Counted from the first letter of the stretch, positions 37,433 through 48,005 are shown. The stretch: 64,000 bases of DNA from Dehalococcoides sp. JdFR-54 (GCA_002011475.1 MTNP01000008.1:4037-68036), one strand, 5' to 3'. Numbers and translations: made by a program. The notes: generated by a model from the letters alone, not told the origin.

Positions 37433-38839
37433 ATGGGAGTCATCTTACTTATAGACTTTGGCAGCACTTATACCAAAATAAGGGCGGTAGACCTGGAAAA
37501 GGAAGAGGTGGTAGGGAGCTGCCAGGCGCCCAGCACGGTCGACACAGATATGACCATTGGGCTACAGGCGGCCTTCGATGCTCTCCTTGCTCAGACGGGC
37601 GTCGGCAACACCGATATAGAGGGCAAGCTTGCTTGTAGCAGTGCTGCCGGCGGCTTGCGCCTGGTGGCCAGTGGCCTGGTCCCCCGGCTGACCACTGAGG
37701 CGGCCAAGAGAGCTGCCCTCGGCGCCGGCGCCAAGGTCATAGGGGTCTATTCCTACCAGCTCACCCCCAAGGAGATAGCCGAGTTGGAGCAGAAGCGCCC
37801 CGACCTGGTGCTGCTGGTGGGTGGCACCGACGGCGGGAATACAGAGGTCATCCTCCACAATGCCAGGATGCTGGCCAACTCCGATCTGGTCTGCCCCATA
37901 GTGGTTGCCGGCAACAAAGTGGCCGCTGAGGAGGTCGAGCACATCCTCCACACCGCTGGCAAGTATGTGGCGGTGGCCGCTAATGTGATGCCAGAGGTCA
38001 GTCAGCTCAACGTAGAGCCGACTCGCGCCGTCATCAGAGAGATGTTTATGAGGCGCATCACCCATGGGAAGGGCCTGAACAAAGCCGAGAGACTCGTGGG
38101 CAGCATTATTATGCCCACTCCCATGGCTGTGCTCCGCGGCGCCGCCTTGCTGGCTCAAGGCACCCCAGAAGAGGCGGGGCTGGGCGACCTCATCGTTGTC
38201 GATGTTGGCGGCGCCACCACCGATGTGGATTCCCTGACGGAAGGCAACCCCACCCAGCCCGGCGTAGTGGCAAAGGGCTTGCCCGAACCCTACGCCAAGC
38301 GGACGGTGGAGGGTGACCTGGGAATTCGATACAGCGCACCCCATATCCTGGAAATCGCCGGCGAGAAGCGCCTGCGAGAGAACCTGATGGCAAGGGACGA
38401 GGGGCTCGCTGGCGACCTGGACCTAGGCGCCAAGCTGTCCTACTTGTCCGACCATATCGATTTTGTCCCCCAGACCCAGCATGACTCCCACCTCGATGTC
38501 GCCCTGGCCCGCAGCTCGGTGGAGATCGCCATGCAAAGACACGCCGGAGTGATAGAGACCTGCTATCTGCCATCGGGCACTGTCTACCTCCAGCATGGCA
38601 AGGACCTGACCCAGGTTAAGCGTGTCATCGGGACCGGCGGCATATTTAGCTACGGGCAGCACCCCCGCTGGATACTGGAGGGAACGCTATACAGCCAGCG
38701 GGAACCCCTGTCCCTCAGGCCCAAGGCGCCAGAATTCTTCATAGATGAACGATACCTGCTCTATGCCATAGGCTTGCTGGCCGAGATCGCCCCTGAGAAA
38801 GCCCTCCGGATAATGAAAAAACACCTGAGAAAGGTATAA
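37433..38839 (+). CDS. glmL: GlmL/MutL-type glutamate-mutase-associated chaperone (ASKHA-fold ATPase).
   Basis: VILLIDFGSTYTKIRAVD N-terminus and ~468 aa, as in component L of clostridial glm operons. Confidence 0.65.
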   Translation: MGVILLIDFGSTYTKIRAVDLEKEEVVGSCQAPSTVDTDMTIGLQAAFDALLAQTGVGNTDIEGKLACSSAAGGLRLVASGLVPRLTTEAAKRAALGAGAKVIGVYSYQLTPKEIAELEQKRPDLVLLVGGTDGGNTEVILHNARMLANSDLVCPIVVAGNKVAAEEVEHILHTAGKYVAVAANVMPEVSQLNVEPTRAVIREMFMRRITHGKGLNKAERLVGSIIMPTPMAVLRGAALLAQGTPEEAGLGDLIVVDVGGATTDVDSLTEGNPTQPGVVAKGLPEPYAKRTVEGDLGIRYSAPHILEIAGEKRLRENLMARDEGLAGDLDLGAKLSYLSDHIDFVPQTQHDSHLDVALARSSVEIAMQRHAGVIETCYLPSGTVYLQHGKDLTQVKRVIGTGGIFSYGQHPRWILEGTLYSQREPLSLRPKAPEFFIDERYLLYAIGLLAEIAPEKALRIMKKHLRKV

Positions 38840-38860
38840 GCCCGGTAGAGAGGAGGGTCA

Positions 38861-40387
38861 ATGGTTATAGGCGACATAGCCATCAGGAACGCCAGGAACT
38901 ACCCCAGCAAAATAGCCCTGGTCTTCGGGAATGACAGGTACACCTTCAAGGAATTCAACGACAGGGTCAATCGCCTGACCAGGGCTCTTCTAGACTCGGG
39001 GGTGGAACGGGGCGGGAGGATAGCCATTCTGGCCGAGAACTGCCCTCAATATGCCGAGGCCTACTTCGCCACGGCCAAAGGGGGGTTGGTCATCCTGCCC
39101 TTGAATGCCAGGCTGGCGGGGCCGGAGCTCGTCTATATCATAAACGATGCGCAGGTCAGCACCCTGCTCGTAGAAAAGGAATTCTTAGGGCTCATCGATT
39201 CCATATGGTCTCAGCTTGAGACGGTCGCGAATCTCATAACCATAGGGGAGGCGGGGGAGAATAGCTACGAGCTCTTGATCTCCCGGTATCCCCCAGAGGA
39301 GCCTGACATCCGAGTGGATGAAGACGACCTGGCTTGCCTTATGTATACCTCGGGCACCACTGGCAGGCCCAAAGGGGCCATGCTCACCCACCGAAATCTC
39401 ATCGCCAACGCCCTCAATCCCATATTGGCCTTTCAGTTCCGCCATGACGATATAACCCTGCACCTGGCCGCCCTCTATCATGTCGCCGCCCAGTGGCCGT
39501 TGATGAGCCACTTCTACCTTGGGGCCACCAACGTTCTATTGAAGAAGTTCGAGCCGCTGGCTACCCTGAAAGTCGTCGAGACGGAGAGGATTACCACCCT
39601 GAATGCAGTCCCGGTCATGATATCTGGTCTCCTCGACCAGCTGGATAAGGAAGAGCATGACCTATCCAGCGCAAGCTGGATAGGCTATGGGGCTTCCCCA
39701 ATGCCCCTGCCATTGATAAAGAGAGCCCTACATAGATTCGGCCAAGTGATGGTTCAGCTATACGGTCTAACGGAGAGCGGCGGCATAGTCACTTGGCTCC
39801 CCCAGGAGGACCATATCATCGAGGGGCCAGAGGAGAAATTGAGGCGGCTCACGTCCTGTGGCAAGGAGATTATTAATGTGGAGGTGAGGGTGGTGGATGA
39901 GGCCGGCCAGGATGTGGCTCCAGGACAAGTGGGCGAGATAATAGTAAGGGGTGACAATGTAATGAAGGGCTATTGGGCCCAGCCCGAGGCCACGGCGGAA
40001 ACCCTGAAGGGAGGATATCTCCATACCGGCGACCTGGCCACTGTAGATGAAGAGGGATATATCTACATTGTGGATAGGAAAAAGGACATGATCATCAGCG
40101 GAGGGGAGAACATCTACTCCCGCGAGGTGGAGGAGGCCATCTTTGCCCACCCCGCGGTGCGGGATGTGGCCGTCATCGGCGTCCCCGATGAAAAATGGGG
40201 CGAGGCGGTCAAGGCAGTAGTGGTCCTCAAAGAAGGCGCCACAGCGACTGAGGAGGAGATAATAGAATTCTGTCGGCAACGCATTGCCAGCTATAAGAAG
40301 CCGAAGTCTGTGGACTTCGTCCCCGAACTGCCCAGGAATGCTACGGGCAAGGTATTGAAGACACTGCTGCGGGAGCAATATGGCTAG
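38861..40387 (+). CDS. AMP-forming acyl-CoA synthetase / acid--CoA ligase.
   Basis: YTSGTTGRPKG AMP-binding motif; GEIIVRGDNVMKGY; C-terminal domain with invariant Lys (YKKPKSV). Confidence 0.88.
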   Translation: MVIGDIAIRNARNYPSKIALVFGNDRYTFKEFNDRVNRLTRALLDSGVERGGRIAILAENCPQYAEAYFATAKGGLVILPLNARLAGPELVYIINDAQVSTLLVEKEFLGLIDSIWSQLETVANLITIGEAGENSYELLISRYPPEEPDIRVDEDDLACLMYTSGTTGRPKGAMLTHRNLIANALNPILAFQFRHDDITLHLAALYHVAAQWPLMSHFYLGATNVLLKKFEPLATLKVVETERITTLNAVPVMISGLLDQLDKEEHDLSSASWIGYGASPMPLPLIKRALHRFGQVMVQLYGLTESGGIVTWLPQEDHIIEGPEEKLRRLTSCGKEIINVEVRVVDEAGQDVAPGQVGEIIVRGDNVMKGYWAQPEATAETLKGGYLHTGDLATVDEEGYIYIVDRKKDMIISGGENIYSREVEEAIFAHPAVRDVAVIGVPDEKWGEAVKAVVVLKEGATATEEEIIEFCRQRIASYKKPKSVDFVPELPRNATGKVLKTLLREQYG

Positions 40388-40422
40388 GCCATCGCGATTA
40401 CCAACCCCAGTAAACGGCAGTC

Positions 40423-41688
40423 ATGCTTAGGCCCAGGTTCTTCTACGGCTGGGCGATTGCGGGGGTGTTGGTGATCATTGGCTTTGTACTGGCCACCCCC
40501 TTCAACTCCACCCTCTCCATCTTCCTCAAACCCATGGGCGAGGAACTGGGCTGGTCGCGCACTGCCATCTCTGGGGCGGTGGCCCTGGGCTCCCTCCTGG
40601 CCGCTGCCATCAGTTTCTGCATCGGTCCTCTCCTCGACCGCTGGGGCTCGCGGGTCGCCATTTCCGCAGCGGTGGCTCTCATGGGGCTGGCCGTTATGGG
40701 CCTATCGCGGTGCACCGCCCTGTGGCACCTCTACCTTTTCCTGGGGCTCGCCCGGGCGCTGGCCAACGGCGTCCTCGATATCGGCATCGTGGTCACCAGC
40801 TCCAACTGGTTTATCCGCTGGCGAGGACGGGTGCTGGGTATGGCCCAACTGGGCATCCGGGTTGGTCAGGCGCTATTTCCCCTGGTGGCTGCCCTCCTCA
40901 TCGCCTCTCTGGACTGGCGCAATGCCTGGGTAGGCGTGGGGGGGCTGGCCATTTTTCTGGCCTTTCTGCCCTCCGTCATTTTCCTGCGTCGCCGCCCCGA
41001 AGACCACAACCTCACCCCCGATGGCCTGCCTCCGCCCAGCCCGACCCAAGGGGACGTAACAGCTACCACGGCGACCGAGCCAATGTGGACTGCCCGCCAG
41101 GCGGCAGGCACCAGCACCTTCTGGTTGCTGACTGCAGCCTTCAGCCTGTTCTTCCTAGTCGCGGCGGCCATGAACCTGCACCAGTACCCCTACCTGACTG
41201 ACATTGGCATCGACCCGGGGGTGGCCGTGGGGGCACTGAGCACCTTCTTTATCAGCGCCGCCGTGGGGGCCTTGCTCCTGGGCTCCCTGGCCGACCGTTT
41301 CCCGGTCAAGGTCCTCCTGGGCACCGTCCAGGCCGGCGCCGCCCTCGGCATCTTTATGCTCATCCTCACCAGGGGGCCGGCCATGCTCTACGCATATGCC
41401 GTTTTCTACGGCATATGCTTCGGAGGCTCCTTTCCCCTTTTCTCCCTGGCCTTCGTGAGGCACTACGGCCGGGCCTCGGCAGGCAGCATACGGGGCCTTT
41501 ACTGGCCGCTATGCATGGTCTTCAACGCCATCGGCCCGGTCTTCGCCGGCTGGATGTTCGACCGGATGGGAAACTACAATCTGGTCTTCACCATATTCTG
41601 CATCATGTTCCTGGTTGGCAGCACCCTGGTCTGGCTCTCCCGCGCCCCCACGTCCTTCCCATCGCCATCCCCTTCCCCCCAGAATTGA
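40423..41688 (+). CDS. MFS transporter (oxalate/formate-antiporter-like organic-acid carrier).
   Basis: 12-TM profile; motif A GPLLDRWGSRV. Confidence 0.78.
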   Translation: MLRPRFFYGWAIAGVLVIIGFVLATPFNSTLSIFLKPMGEELGWSRTAISGAVALGSLLAAAISFCIGPLLDRWGSRVAISAAVALMGLAVMGLSRCTALWHLYLFLGLARALANGVLDIGIVVTSSNWFIRWRGRVLGMAQLGIRVGQALFPLVAALLIASLDWRNAWVGVGGLAIFLAFLPSVIFLRRRPEDHNLTPDGLPPPSPTQGDVTATTATEPMWTARQAAGTSTFWLLTAAFSLFFLVAAAMNLHQYPYLTDIGIDPGVAVGALSTFFISAAVGALLLGSLADRFPVKVLLGTVQAGAALGIFMLILTRGPAMLYAYAVFYGICFGGSFPLFSLAFVRHYGRASAGSIRGLYWPLCMVFNAIGPVFAGWMFDRMGNYNLVFTIFCIMFLVGSTLVWLSRAPTSFPSPSPSPQN

Positions 41689-41738
41689 CGGCCTGGGTGA
41701 TTTCCTCTACACTGCCATCAAAATAGCGTAACAGTGAC

Positions 41739-42983
41739 ATGGCCACACCGGTCGCCGCGGGTCGGGTCTATTATGGCTGGATAATAGTGGCTGCCTGTCT
41801 CCTCCTCACCGCCACTGCCTTCGGCATACAGTACTGCTACGGCATATTCTTCAAGCCGCTTCAACAGGACTTCGGCTGGAGCCGAGCCACCACTGCCTCG
41901 GTAATGTCCTTTCATATGATCTTCTATGGCATCTCGGCCTTCATCAGCGGCTGGTGCACCGACAGATATGGGCCCCGAATGACAGTGGCCGCCGGGGGCC
42001 TGCTCATGGGCCTGGGGCTGGTATTGAGCAGCCAGATATCCGCCGTTTGGCAGCTATACCTCCTCTACAGTTTGCCTCTAGCCTTCGGCATTAGCACCTG
42101 CTGGTATCCTATAGTTACCACCCTCAGCCGATGGTTCAGCGGCAGAAGGGGGCTCGCCCTCGGCACAACCCGGGTTGGCCACGGGCTGGGCATCCTGGGC
42201 ATCTCGCCCCTGGTCAATTATCTGATCACCATGTTCGATTGGCGTCTCTCCTACATAATTGTTGGGCTCATCGCCTGGGCAGTTATCGTCCCCACCGCCC
42301 TGCTCTTGAAGAAGGAGCCCAGAGAGACCACCTATGCCCCCCTCCCCACCGATATGGCCCCATCCGTTCCCCAGTTTTCCCTGCGAGATGCCCTGAGAAC
42401 CCCGAACCTATGGTTTCTGATTTTTATGCAGCTCCTGTGCAGCGTCTGTTTCCGCATGGTCATGGTGCACCTGGTGCCCTATGCCACCGATGTCGGGATA
42501 TCAGCGGCGACGGCGTCGCTGGTCCTCGGCCTTATTGGTGGCGCCAACATCATAGGCGGGGTATTGATGGGTATCGCCCAGGATAGGTTCGGCGCCAGAG
42601 CCAGCTTCATCATCTCCGTGTTATTACAGTCCATATCCCTCTTCTGGCTTACCACCCTTCGCACCACCGCTGCCTTCTTCGGCTTTGCCTTGCTCTTCGG
42701 GTTCACCCTTGGGGGGTATATGGTTCAGTTCTATGGGCTCACCGCGGGCCTGTTCGGGCTGCGCTCCGTAGGTGCCATCAATGGGGCGCTGGGGACAGGG
42801 GCCGGGATCGGCGGCGCCCTGGGCCCCTTTTCAGCAGGCTATTTCTTCGACCGTACTGCCAGCTACTCCGTCCCCTTCCTTATCGCCGCCGGGGCCCTTC
42901 TGTTAGCTGGATTGCTGGCCATCTCCCTGAGGTCGCCAAGTAGGTCCCAGCACCAGCCCCCCAATGCAGTCCCGGGGGTCTGA
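41739..42983 (+). CDS. MFS transporter, second paralogue.
   Basis: 12-TM profile; GWCTDRYGPRM motif A. Confidence 0.78.
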   Translation: MATPVAAGRVYYGWIIVAACLLLTATAFGIQYCYGIFFKPLQQDFGWSRATTASVMSFHMIFYGISAFISGWCTDRYGPRMTVAAGGLLMGLGLVLSSQISAVWQLYLLYSLPLAFGISTCWYPIVTTLSRWFSGRRGLALGTTRVGHGLGILGISPLVNYLITMFDWRLSYIIVGLIAWAVIVPTALLLKKEPRETTYAPLPTDMAPSVPQFSLRDALRTPNLWFLIFMQLLCSVCFRMVMVHLVPYATDVGISAATASLVLGLIGGANIIGGVLMGIAQDRFGARASFIISVLLQSISLFWLTTLRTTAAFFGFALLFGFTLGGYMVQFYGLTAGLFGLRSVGAINGALGTGAGIGGALGPFSAGYFFDRTASYSVPFLIAAGALLLAGLLAISLRSPSRSQHQPPNAVPGV

Positions 42984-43134
42984 TCCCGTTTGTTGATTGG
43001 GGTCCAGAGGGGCGAAGCCCCTCTGTGGGTTTCCTCAGTAGGCATTGACGCTGGAAGCACTGTGCTTATCTGGACATCCCAGGGATGATATAATAGGCAG
43101 CGTAGGCAATTACGCTCTAAGGGGGACATAGCCG

Positions 43135-44451
43135 ATGACGGAACAAGAATTGCTGGACATTGCCCGGGACTATTGCTTCCGTGCTCGAGTACAGAAGAGG
43201 CAGTTCATAGGCCCAGTGCTTGCCTCTGGGAAAGGCTCCATAGTCGTCGATGTCAATGGTAAGGAGTATATCGACTTCGTCGCCGGGCAGATGTGCGCCG
43301 CTTTGGGCCACAATCATCCCAGGATTGTGGAGTCCATCCATAGAAGCTGTGAGACCATGATCCATTCCAATATGACGCATTTTAACGTGGAGGAGATCAA
43401 GCTAGCCAAGCGTCTGGGCGAGGTGTTGCCGTCCCCTCTGAAGAAGTCTCTTTTTCTGCTGACGGGCAGCGACGCCAATGAGGCTGCCATTGTCATCGCC
43501 AAAAAGTATACCAATGGCTTCGAGGTAGCCAGCCCTCATGTCAGTTTCCATGGCATGTCGGATGCGGCCAGGTCTATCACCTTCGGCGTGTGGCACGCTG
43601 GCTATGGTCCCCTCTTGCCCGGTTCTTACGCTATAATGGCCCCTTACTGCTATCGTTGTCCCGTGGACCACACCTTCCCCGAGTGCCATTATGCTTGCCT
43701 CAAGGCAGGGTTTGAGATTCTGGATGCGGAGTCTGTGGGGGCTCTGGCAGCCGTGATAACCGAGCCTCTGTTCAGTGCCGGCGGCGTCATCGACCCTCCA
43801 TCGGGTTGGCTTAAAGAACTGAAAAAGATGTGCCAAGACAGAGGCATGTTGCTCATCGTGGACGAGGCTCAAACGGGCCTGGCCAAGCTGGGGAGTATGT
43901 TCGCCTTCGAGCAGGAGGGCATTGTACCTGACATCGTCTCCATCTCCAAGCATTTCGGCGGCGAACTGACCATTAGCGCCGTGGCCACCAGTCCTGAGAT
44001 CGAAGAGGTGGTTGCCGGCCGGGAGTTTGTGTTGGGTCACTCCCATGCTGCTGATCCTATGGCCTGTGCCGCTGCCATCGTTAGCTTAGATATAATCGAA
44101 GATGAGGGTTTGGTGGACAAGGCCAAGGAAATGGGTAAGCGCATCAGGGACAGCCTCCTGGAGATGGCAAAGCGCTATGAAATAATAGGCGATGTCCGTG
44201 GCCGAGGGGTGCTCCAGGGTATAGAACTGGTGAAGGACCGGGACAGCAAAGTGCCAGCCAACGAGGCGGGGCCTGAAGTAGAGCGCCGCTGTCTAGAGGA
44301 TGGGCTCCTGATCACCGTGCGGGGCGCCCAGGGGCGAACCAACGTTCTGCGGCTGGTGGTGCCCTTTACCACCACCCAGGAGCAGATGGACCGGGCCTTC
44401 GACATCTTGGAGAGCGCCATTAAGAGCCTGAGCCCAACAGTCGTGTCCTGA
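43135..44451 (+). CDS. Class-III (omega) PLP aminotransferase.
   Basis: AT-III fold with GSDANEAA, DEAQTGL and SKHFGG (PLP Lys) motifs. SD AGGGGGAC. Confidence 0.85.
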   Translation: MTEQELLDIARDYCFRARVQKRQFIGPVLASGKGSIVVDVNGKEYIDFVAGQMCAALGHNHPRIVESIHRSCETMIHSNMTHFNVEEIKLAKRLGEVLPSPLKKSLFLLTGSDANEAAIVIAKKYTNGFEVASPHVSFHGMSDAARSITFGVWHAGYGPLLPGSYAIMAPYCYRCPVDHTFPECHYACLKAGFEILDAESVGALAAVITEPLFSAGGVIDPPSGWLKELKKMCQDRGMLLIVDEAQTGLAKLGSMFAFEQEGIVPDIVSISKHFGGELTISAVATSPEIEEVVAGREFVLGHSHAADPMACAAAIVSLDIIEDEGLVDKAKEMGKRIRDSLLEMAKRYEIIGDVRGRGVLQGIELVKDRDSKVPANEAGPEVERRCLEDGLLITVRGAQGRTNVLRLVVPFTTTQEQMDRAFDILESAIKSLSPTVVS

Positions 44452-44639
44452 TATTTGGGTATAGCCAAGACACTGCCCAGACGGCTAGATCTGCTTGGTA
44501 GGGGCCTCCATCCCTTCCAGGTACATTAGCTAAATTCAGTTCGTCGAGGCGAAGGGTCTCTAGACAGCTTTGAGCCAGGAGTTCGGCAACAGGCCCGACG
44601 ACATACACCCCCTTCCGCATGGCCGGCGCCCGAATCGAA

Positions 44640-45758
44640 CTAGACCTCCATAGGCACGCGACCGAATTTGTCTATAAGCTCAGCTACTCTACCTACCCTC
44701 TCGATCTTGCCGTCAAAGGGTAGAGTATCCCCCATGCCCACTATGAAGTTGTAGCCAGGGCTTATCTCCTTGAACAGATTCATAATATAGGCGTCGAACT
44801 CCTCCTCGGTATATTGTGGTTCAAATAGTACTGCGGGTATCCCGCCCCAAATAGTTACCTCGTCGCCCAAGGCTTTTCTCAACTCGGCAGTAGTCACCGA
44901 GGTCATCGGCGCCGGGCTCCAGGCCTCAGCCACATCGATGCCGGTCTCCAAGAAGAAGGGGAGCAATCTCCTCATCTCGCCATCGATGTGAACTTGAGTT
45001 AACTTCCCTCTAGCATGAAGGTAGTCTGAGGCCCCTCTAAGCCAGGGCACAAAGTATTTTCTAAAAATTGGCGTATGAAATTCATCGCTCCAGTTGGCGC
45101 AGAGCATAGGTATTTCCACAGGCGACTCGGCCAGGATTTGAAGCTTTTGCTTAGCCACCTCCTTCTCGAGCTCATAAAGGCGCTCTATCTGGGCAGGATG
45201 GTCGTGAAGCTCATAGAAGAAGCGCTCATAGCCGATCCAATAACGCATAATCGCCTGCATTGGCGAATACTCATCCATGCCGGTTATCACCATCCCGTCT
45301 CCGCCAACCATTCTCTCCATTTGGTAGTACTCACTAAGGTCCGGCACGATCCTGGTGTTCTCAAGAATGTACTCTATGACCGGGTAGTCTTCCTTACTCC
45401 GGAACGGATAGTCGACTTCATGGACGTTCCAGGCGCCTTCCTGGGGGATAAACCTCGTCTTTAAAGTAACGCTGCCGAGTGGGGTCCTCCACTCCGTCGT
45501 CCTATAGGGGGGATTCTCCTGGATGACAACCTCAAGGTTATCGTATTCTATTCTCCAGATACGCATGTGGCGGAGTTGAGTTCCGGCACCCTGGTCGCGC
45601 AGTATCTCCACCATATTCCAATCCTTATATTTCTTCGGCAGGGTACCATGCGCGGAATGGTAATTGTACCACACATCAATGCGGGCCCCGAAGGGCAGCT
45701 TATCCACAGGCTGTTTGCGCGCCGCTGCTAGAATCCTTGCTTTGTGAGTCATCGCCAC
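44640..45758 (-). CDS. Uroporphyrinogen-decarboxylase-fold (URO-D / MtaA-CmuA-like) protein.
   Basis: 372 aa URO-D-like TIM barrel; GTG start at 45758 with AAGGAGG 8 nt upstream. Confidence 0.6.
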   Translation of the reverse strand: MAMTHKARILAAARKQPVDKLPFGARIDVWYNYHSAHGTLPKKYKDWNMVEILRDQGAGTQLRHMRIWRIEYDNLEVVIQENPPYRTTEWRTPLGSVTLKTRFIPQEGAWNVHEVDYPFRSKEDYPVIEYILENTRIVPDLSEYYQMERMVGGDGMVITGMDEYSPMQAIMRYWIGYERFFYELHDHPAQIERLYELEKEVAKQKLQILAESPVEIPMLCANWSDEFHTPIFRKYFVPWLRGASDYLHARGKLTQVHIDGEMRRLLPFFLETGIDVAEAWSPAPMTSVTTAELRKALGDEVTIWGGIPAVLFEPQYTEEEFDAYIMNLFKEISPGYNFIVGMGDTLPFDGKIERVGRVAELIDKFGRVPMEV

Positions 45759-46343
45759 TGCTTTCGCCTCCTTTGAAATCTACCGCAGAGAGCAGCCCTT
45801 ATTCCCCTACCAGTTTGCTTCCCATTTCAACCCGCAATAAGGCGTCTCTCAGACATTTAGTGTGTATTTCATTCTGCAGGCACTACCACACCCTACTAGA
45901 TATTTTATTGCACATTTCTCGCAATCAGTATAGGGATTAACAAGAGATGGCTCCGACTACAATGAGGAAGTGCACAGCCACAAGCGCCAAATCCATGTAA
46001 AGAGAGCCATGAAATGAAGACTAGCGCAACAGCGAAGCTCAAGCAAGTGCCAGTAAGGTATTTAATGGTGGGGGTATATCCACGCAAGAAGAAGCACGCG
46101 GCGGTAGCAATAACCCGGCCTGCGTCAGACCTCTTGTTGCAGATAGGGAGAAATAAGCTACAGGTTATGGTCCCTGGGGCCTCTCTGGAGTAGGATGAGA
46201 ATGACAGAGAGGAGGAAGACCAGGTGTCAGCTCAGCTCTGAGATTCGTCAAAGAAGCATCGGAAGCCCGATAGGATTGACCGCTATCCCACCAGTGAAGT
46301 ACAATGCGGTCAACATCATGACCTGGGGGGAAGGAGGGTCCAA

Positions 46344-48005
46344 GTGAGAAGTGACAACATCAAACTCGGCATTGAACGTGCCCCGCATCGCTCCGTGCTG
46401 CGCGCCTTGGGGTGTGGCGATGAAGACATAAGGAGGCCCTTCGTTGGCGTGGTGAACAGTTTTGCTGAGATTGTGGGGGGACATATTCACCTACGCACCA
46501 TAGCTGAGGCGGTAAAGTCTGGAATAAGGAGCGCTGGTGGCACGCCCTTTGAATTCAATACCATTGCTGTCTGCGATTGCTTGGTTGTGGGCCATATCGG
46601 CATGAAGTATAGTCTCCCCAGTCGAGAGCTGATCGCTGACTCAGTGGAAGTCATGGCCGAGGCTCATCAATTCGACGCCTTGGTGTTCATTCCTAACTGC
46701 GATAAGATTACCCCTGGTATGCTAATGGCAGCGCTGAGGTTAAACATCCCCTGCGTTTTCGTCAGCGGTGGACCCGCTCAAGCAGGAAAACTAGCTGGCT
46801 ATCCGGACCTGGACCATGCGTGCATAAGTGAGGCGGTGGGACAAGTAGTAGCAGGTAAAATTGATGAGTCACAACTACTAAGGATGGAGAGGGTCAGCCG
46901 CCCTGGGTGTGGTAGTTGTGAGGGGATGTTCACCGCCAACACCATGAACTGCATAACTGAGGTCATAGGGCTCGGGCTGCCAGGTAATGGCACCATTCCG
47001 GCTGTATACGGCAGGAGGGTTTCCCTGGCGAGAGAGGCCGGAAGGCTGGTTATGAAGGTGCTGGAGTCGAATCTCCGTCCCCGAGATATTGTGACCAAGG
47101 ACTCTATCTACAATGCCCTTGTAGTAGCTATGGCAGTGGGGGGTAGTACCAATGCTATTCTTCACATGCTAGCCATTGCCAACGCTGCAGGGATACCATT
47201 CTCGCTGTCGGAGGTCAGTGACATCAGTCGAAGCACTCCCTACATTTGCAAGCTGGCCCCAGCCAGCCGCGAGCATATGGAGGACCTGCACTTGGCTGGC
47301 GGAATACCCGCCGTAATGAGACAACTTGAGAGTTTGCTAAGGCTCGATGCCAAGACAGTTGCCGGGAAGACACTGGGCGAAGTCGTCGAGTCTGCCACTG
47401 TGGAGGATGCAGACCTTGTTCGCCCTCTGTCCAACGCGCATGCGCAGACGGGTGGCCTGAATGTCCTCTTTGGCAACTTGGCGCCACACGGGGCCATAGT
47501 CAAAAGTGCCGCGGTAGACCCCAGTAGCCTGGTCCATCGCGGTCCGGCACGGGTGTTCGATTCGGAGGAGGAGGCTACCAAAGCTATTTCAGGTGGCGCA
47601 GCTCAACCTGGAGATGTGCTGGTGATACGATATGAAGGACCTCGAGGTGGTCCCGGGATGAGGGAGATGTTAGTTCCTACCTCCCTCATATCTGGTATGG
47701 GTCTGGAAGGAAAGGTAGCTTTAATTACTGATGGGCGTTTCTCAGGAGCATCCCGTGGACTTTCCATAGGACATGTGGCCCCCGAAGCAGCGAGGAAAGG
47801 CCCGATCGCAGCTCTGCGAAACGGCGATATAATAGTAATAGATGTCCCAAACCTCAGGCTGAATGTGGAATTGCCCCAGGAGGAAATAGATCGGCGCCTG
47901 TCTGAATTGCCCGAGTTCGAGTTCAAGATAAAGACCGGATATTTGAGAAGATACGCCGAACAAGTTGGCTGTGCGAGCGAAGGGGCTGTATTCGCTAAGG
48001 ATTAG
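46344..48005 (+). CDS. ilvD: IlvD/EDD-family dehydratase (dihydroxy-acid dehydratase-like) in a lower-GC segment.
   Basis: [23 protein letters not shown] and C-terminal SGASRG motifs of DHAD. GTG start with GAAGGAGGG SD. Codon usage (AGA, ATA, TTA) differs from neighbours. Confidence 0.82.
   Translation: MRSDNIKLGIERAPHRSVLRALGCGDEDIRRPFVGVVNSFAEIVGGHIHLRTIAEAVKSGIRSAGGTPFEFNTIAVCDCLVVGHIGMKYSLPSRELIADSVEVMAEAHQFDALVFIPNCDKITPGMLMAALRLNIPCVFVSGGPAQAGKLAGYPDLDHACISEAVGQVVAGKIDESQLLRMERVSRPGCGSCEGMFTANTMNCITEVIGLGLPGNGTIPAVYGRRVSLAREAGRLVMKVLESNLRPRDIVTKDSIYNALVVAMAVGGSTNAILHMLAIANAAGIPFSLSEVSDISRSTPYICKLAPASREHMEDLHLAGGIPAVMRQLESLLRLDAKTVAGKTLGEVVESATVEDADLVRPLSNAHAQTGGLNVLFGNLAPHGAIVKSAAVDPSSLVHRGPARVFDSEEEATKAISGGAAQPGDVLVIRYEGPRGGPGMREMLVPTSLISGMGLEGKVALITDGRFSGASRGLSIGHVAPEAARKGPIAALRNGDIIVIDVPNLRLNVELPQEEIDRRLSELPEFEFKIKTGYLRRYAEQVGCASEGAVFAKD

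Noticed and set aside
37562-38344. 260-aa antisense ORF within glmL, and similar long antisense ORFs at 39767-40378, 28899-29825, 30838-31659, 9657-10343, 5520-6113 and 15100-15555.
   Set aside because: All lie opposite ORFs with strong family signatures. They lack start contexts and have G/R/H/P-biased composition characteristic of non-coding frames in 60% GC DNA.
44611-44645. GTTCGATTC (T-loop-like) motif on the minus strand that resembles a tRNA 3' half.
   Set aside because: Flanking sequence does not form a T-stem or acceptor stem with a cloverleaf upstream. The motif overlaps the URO-D-like gene stop codon.
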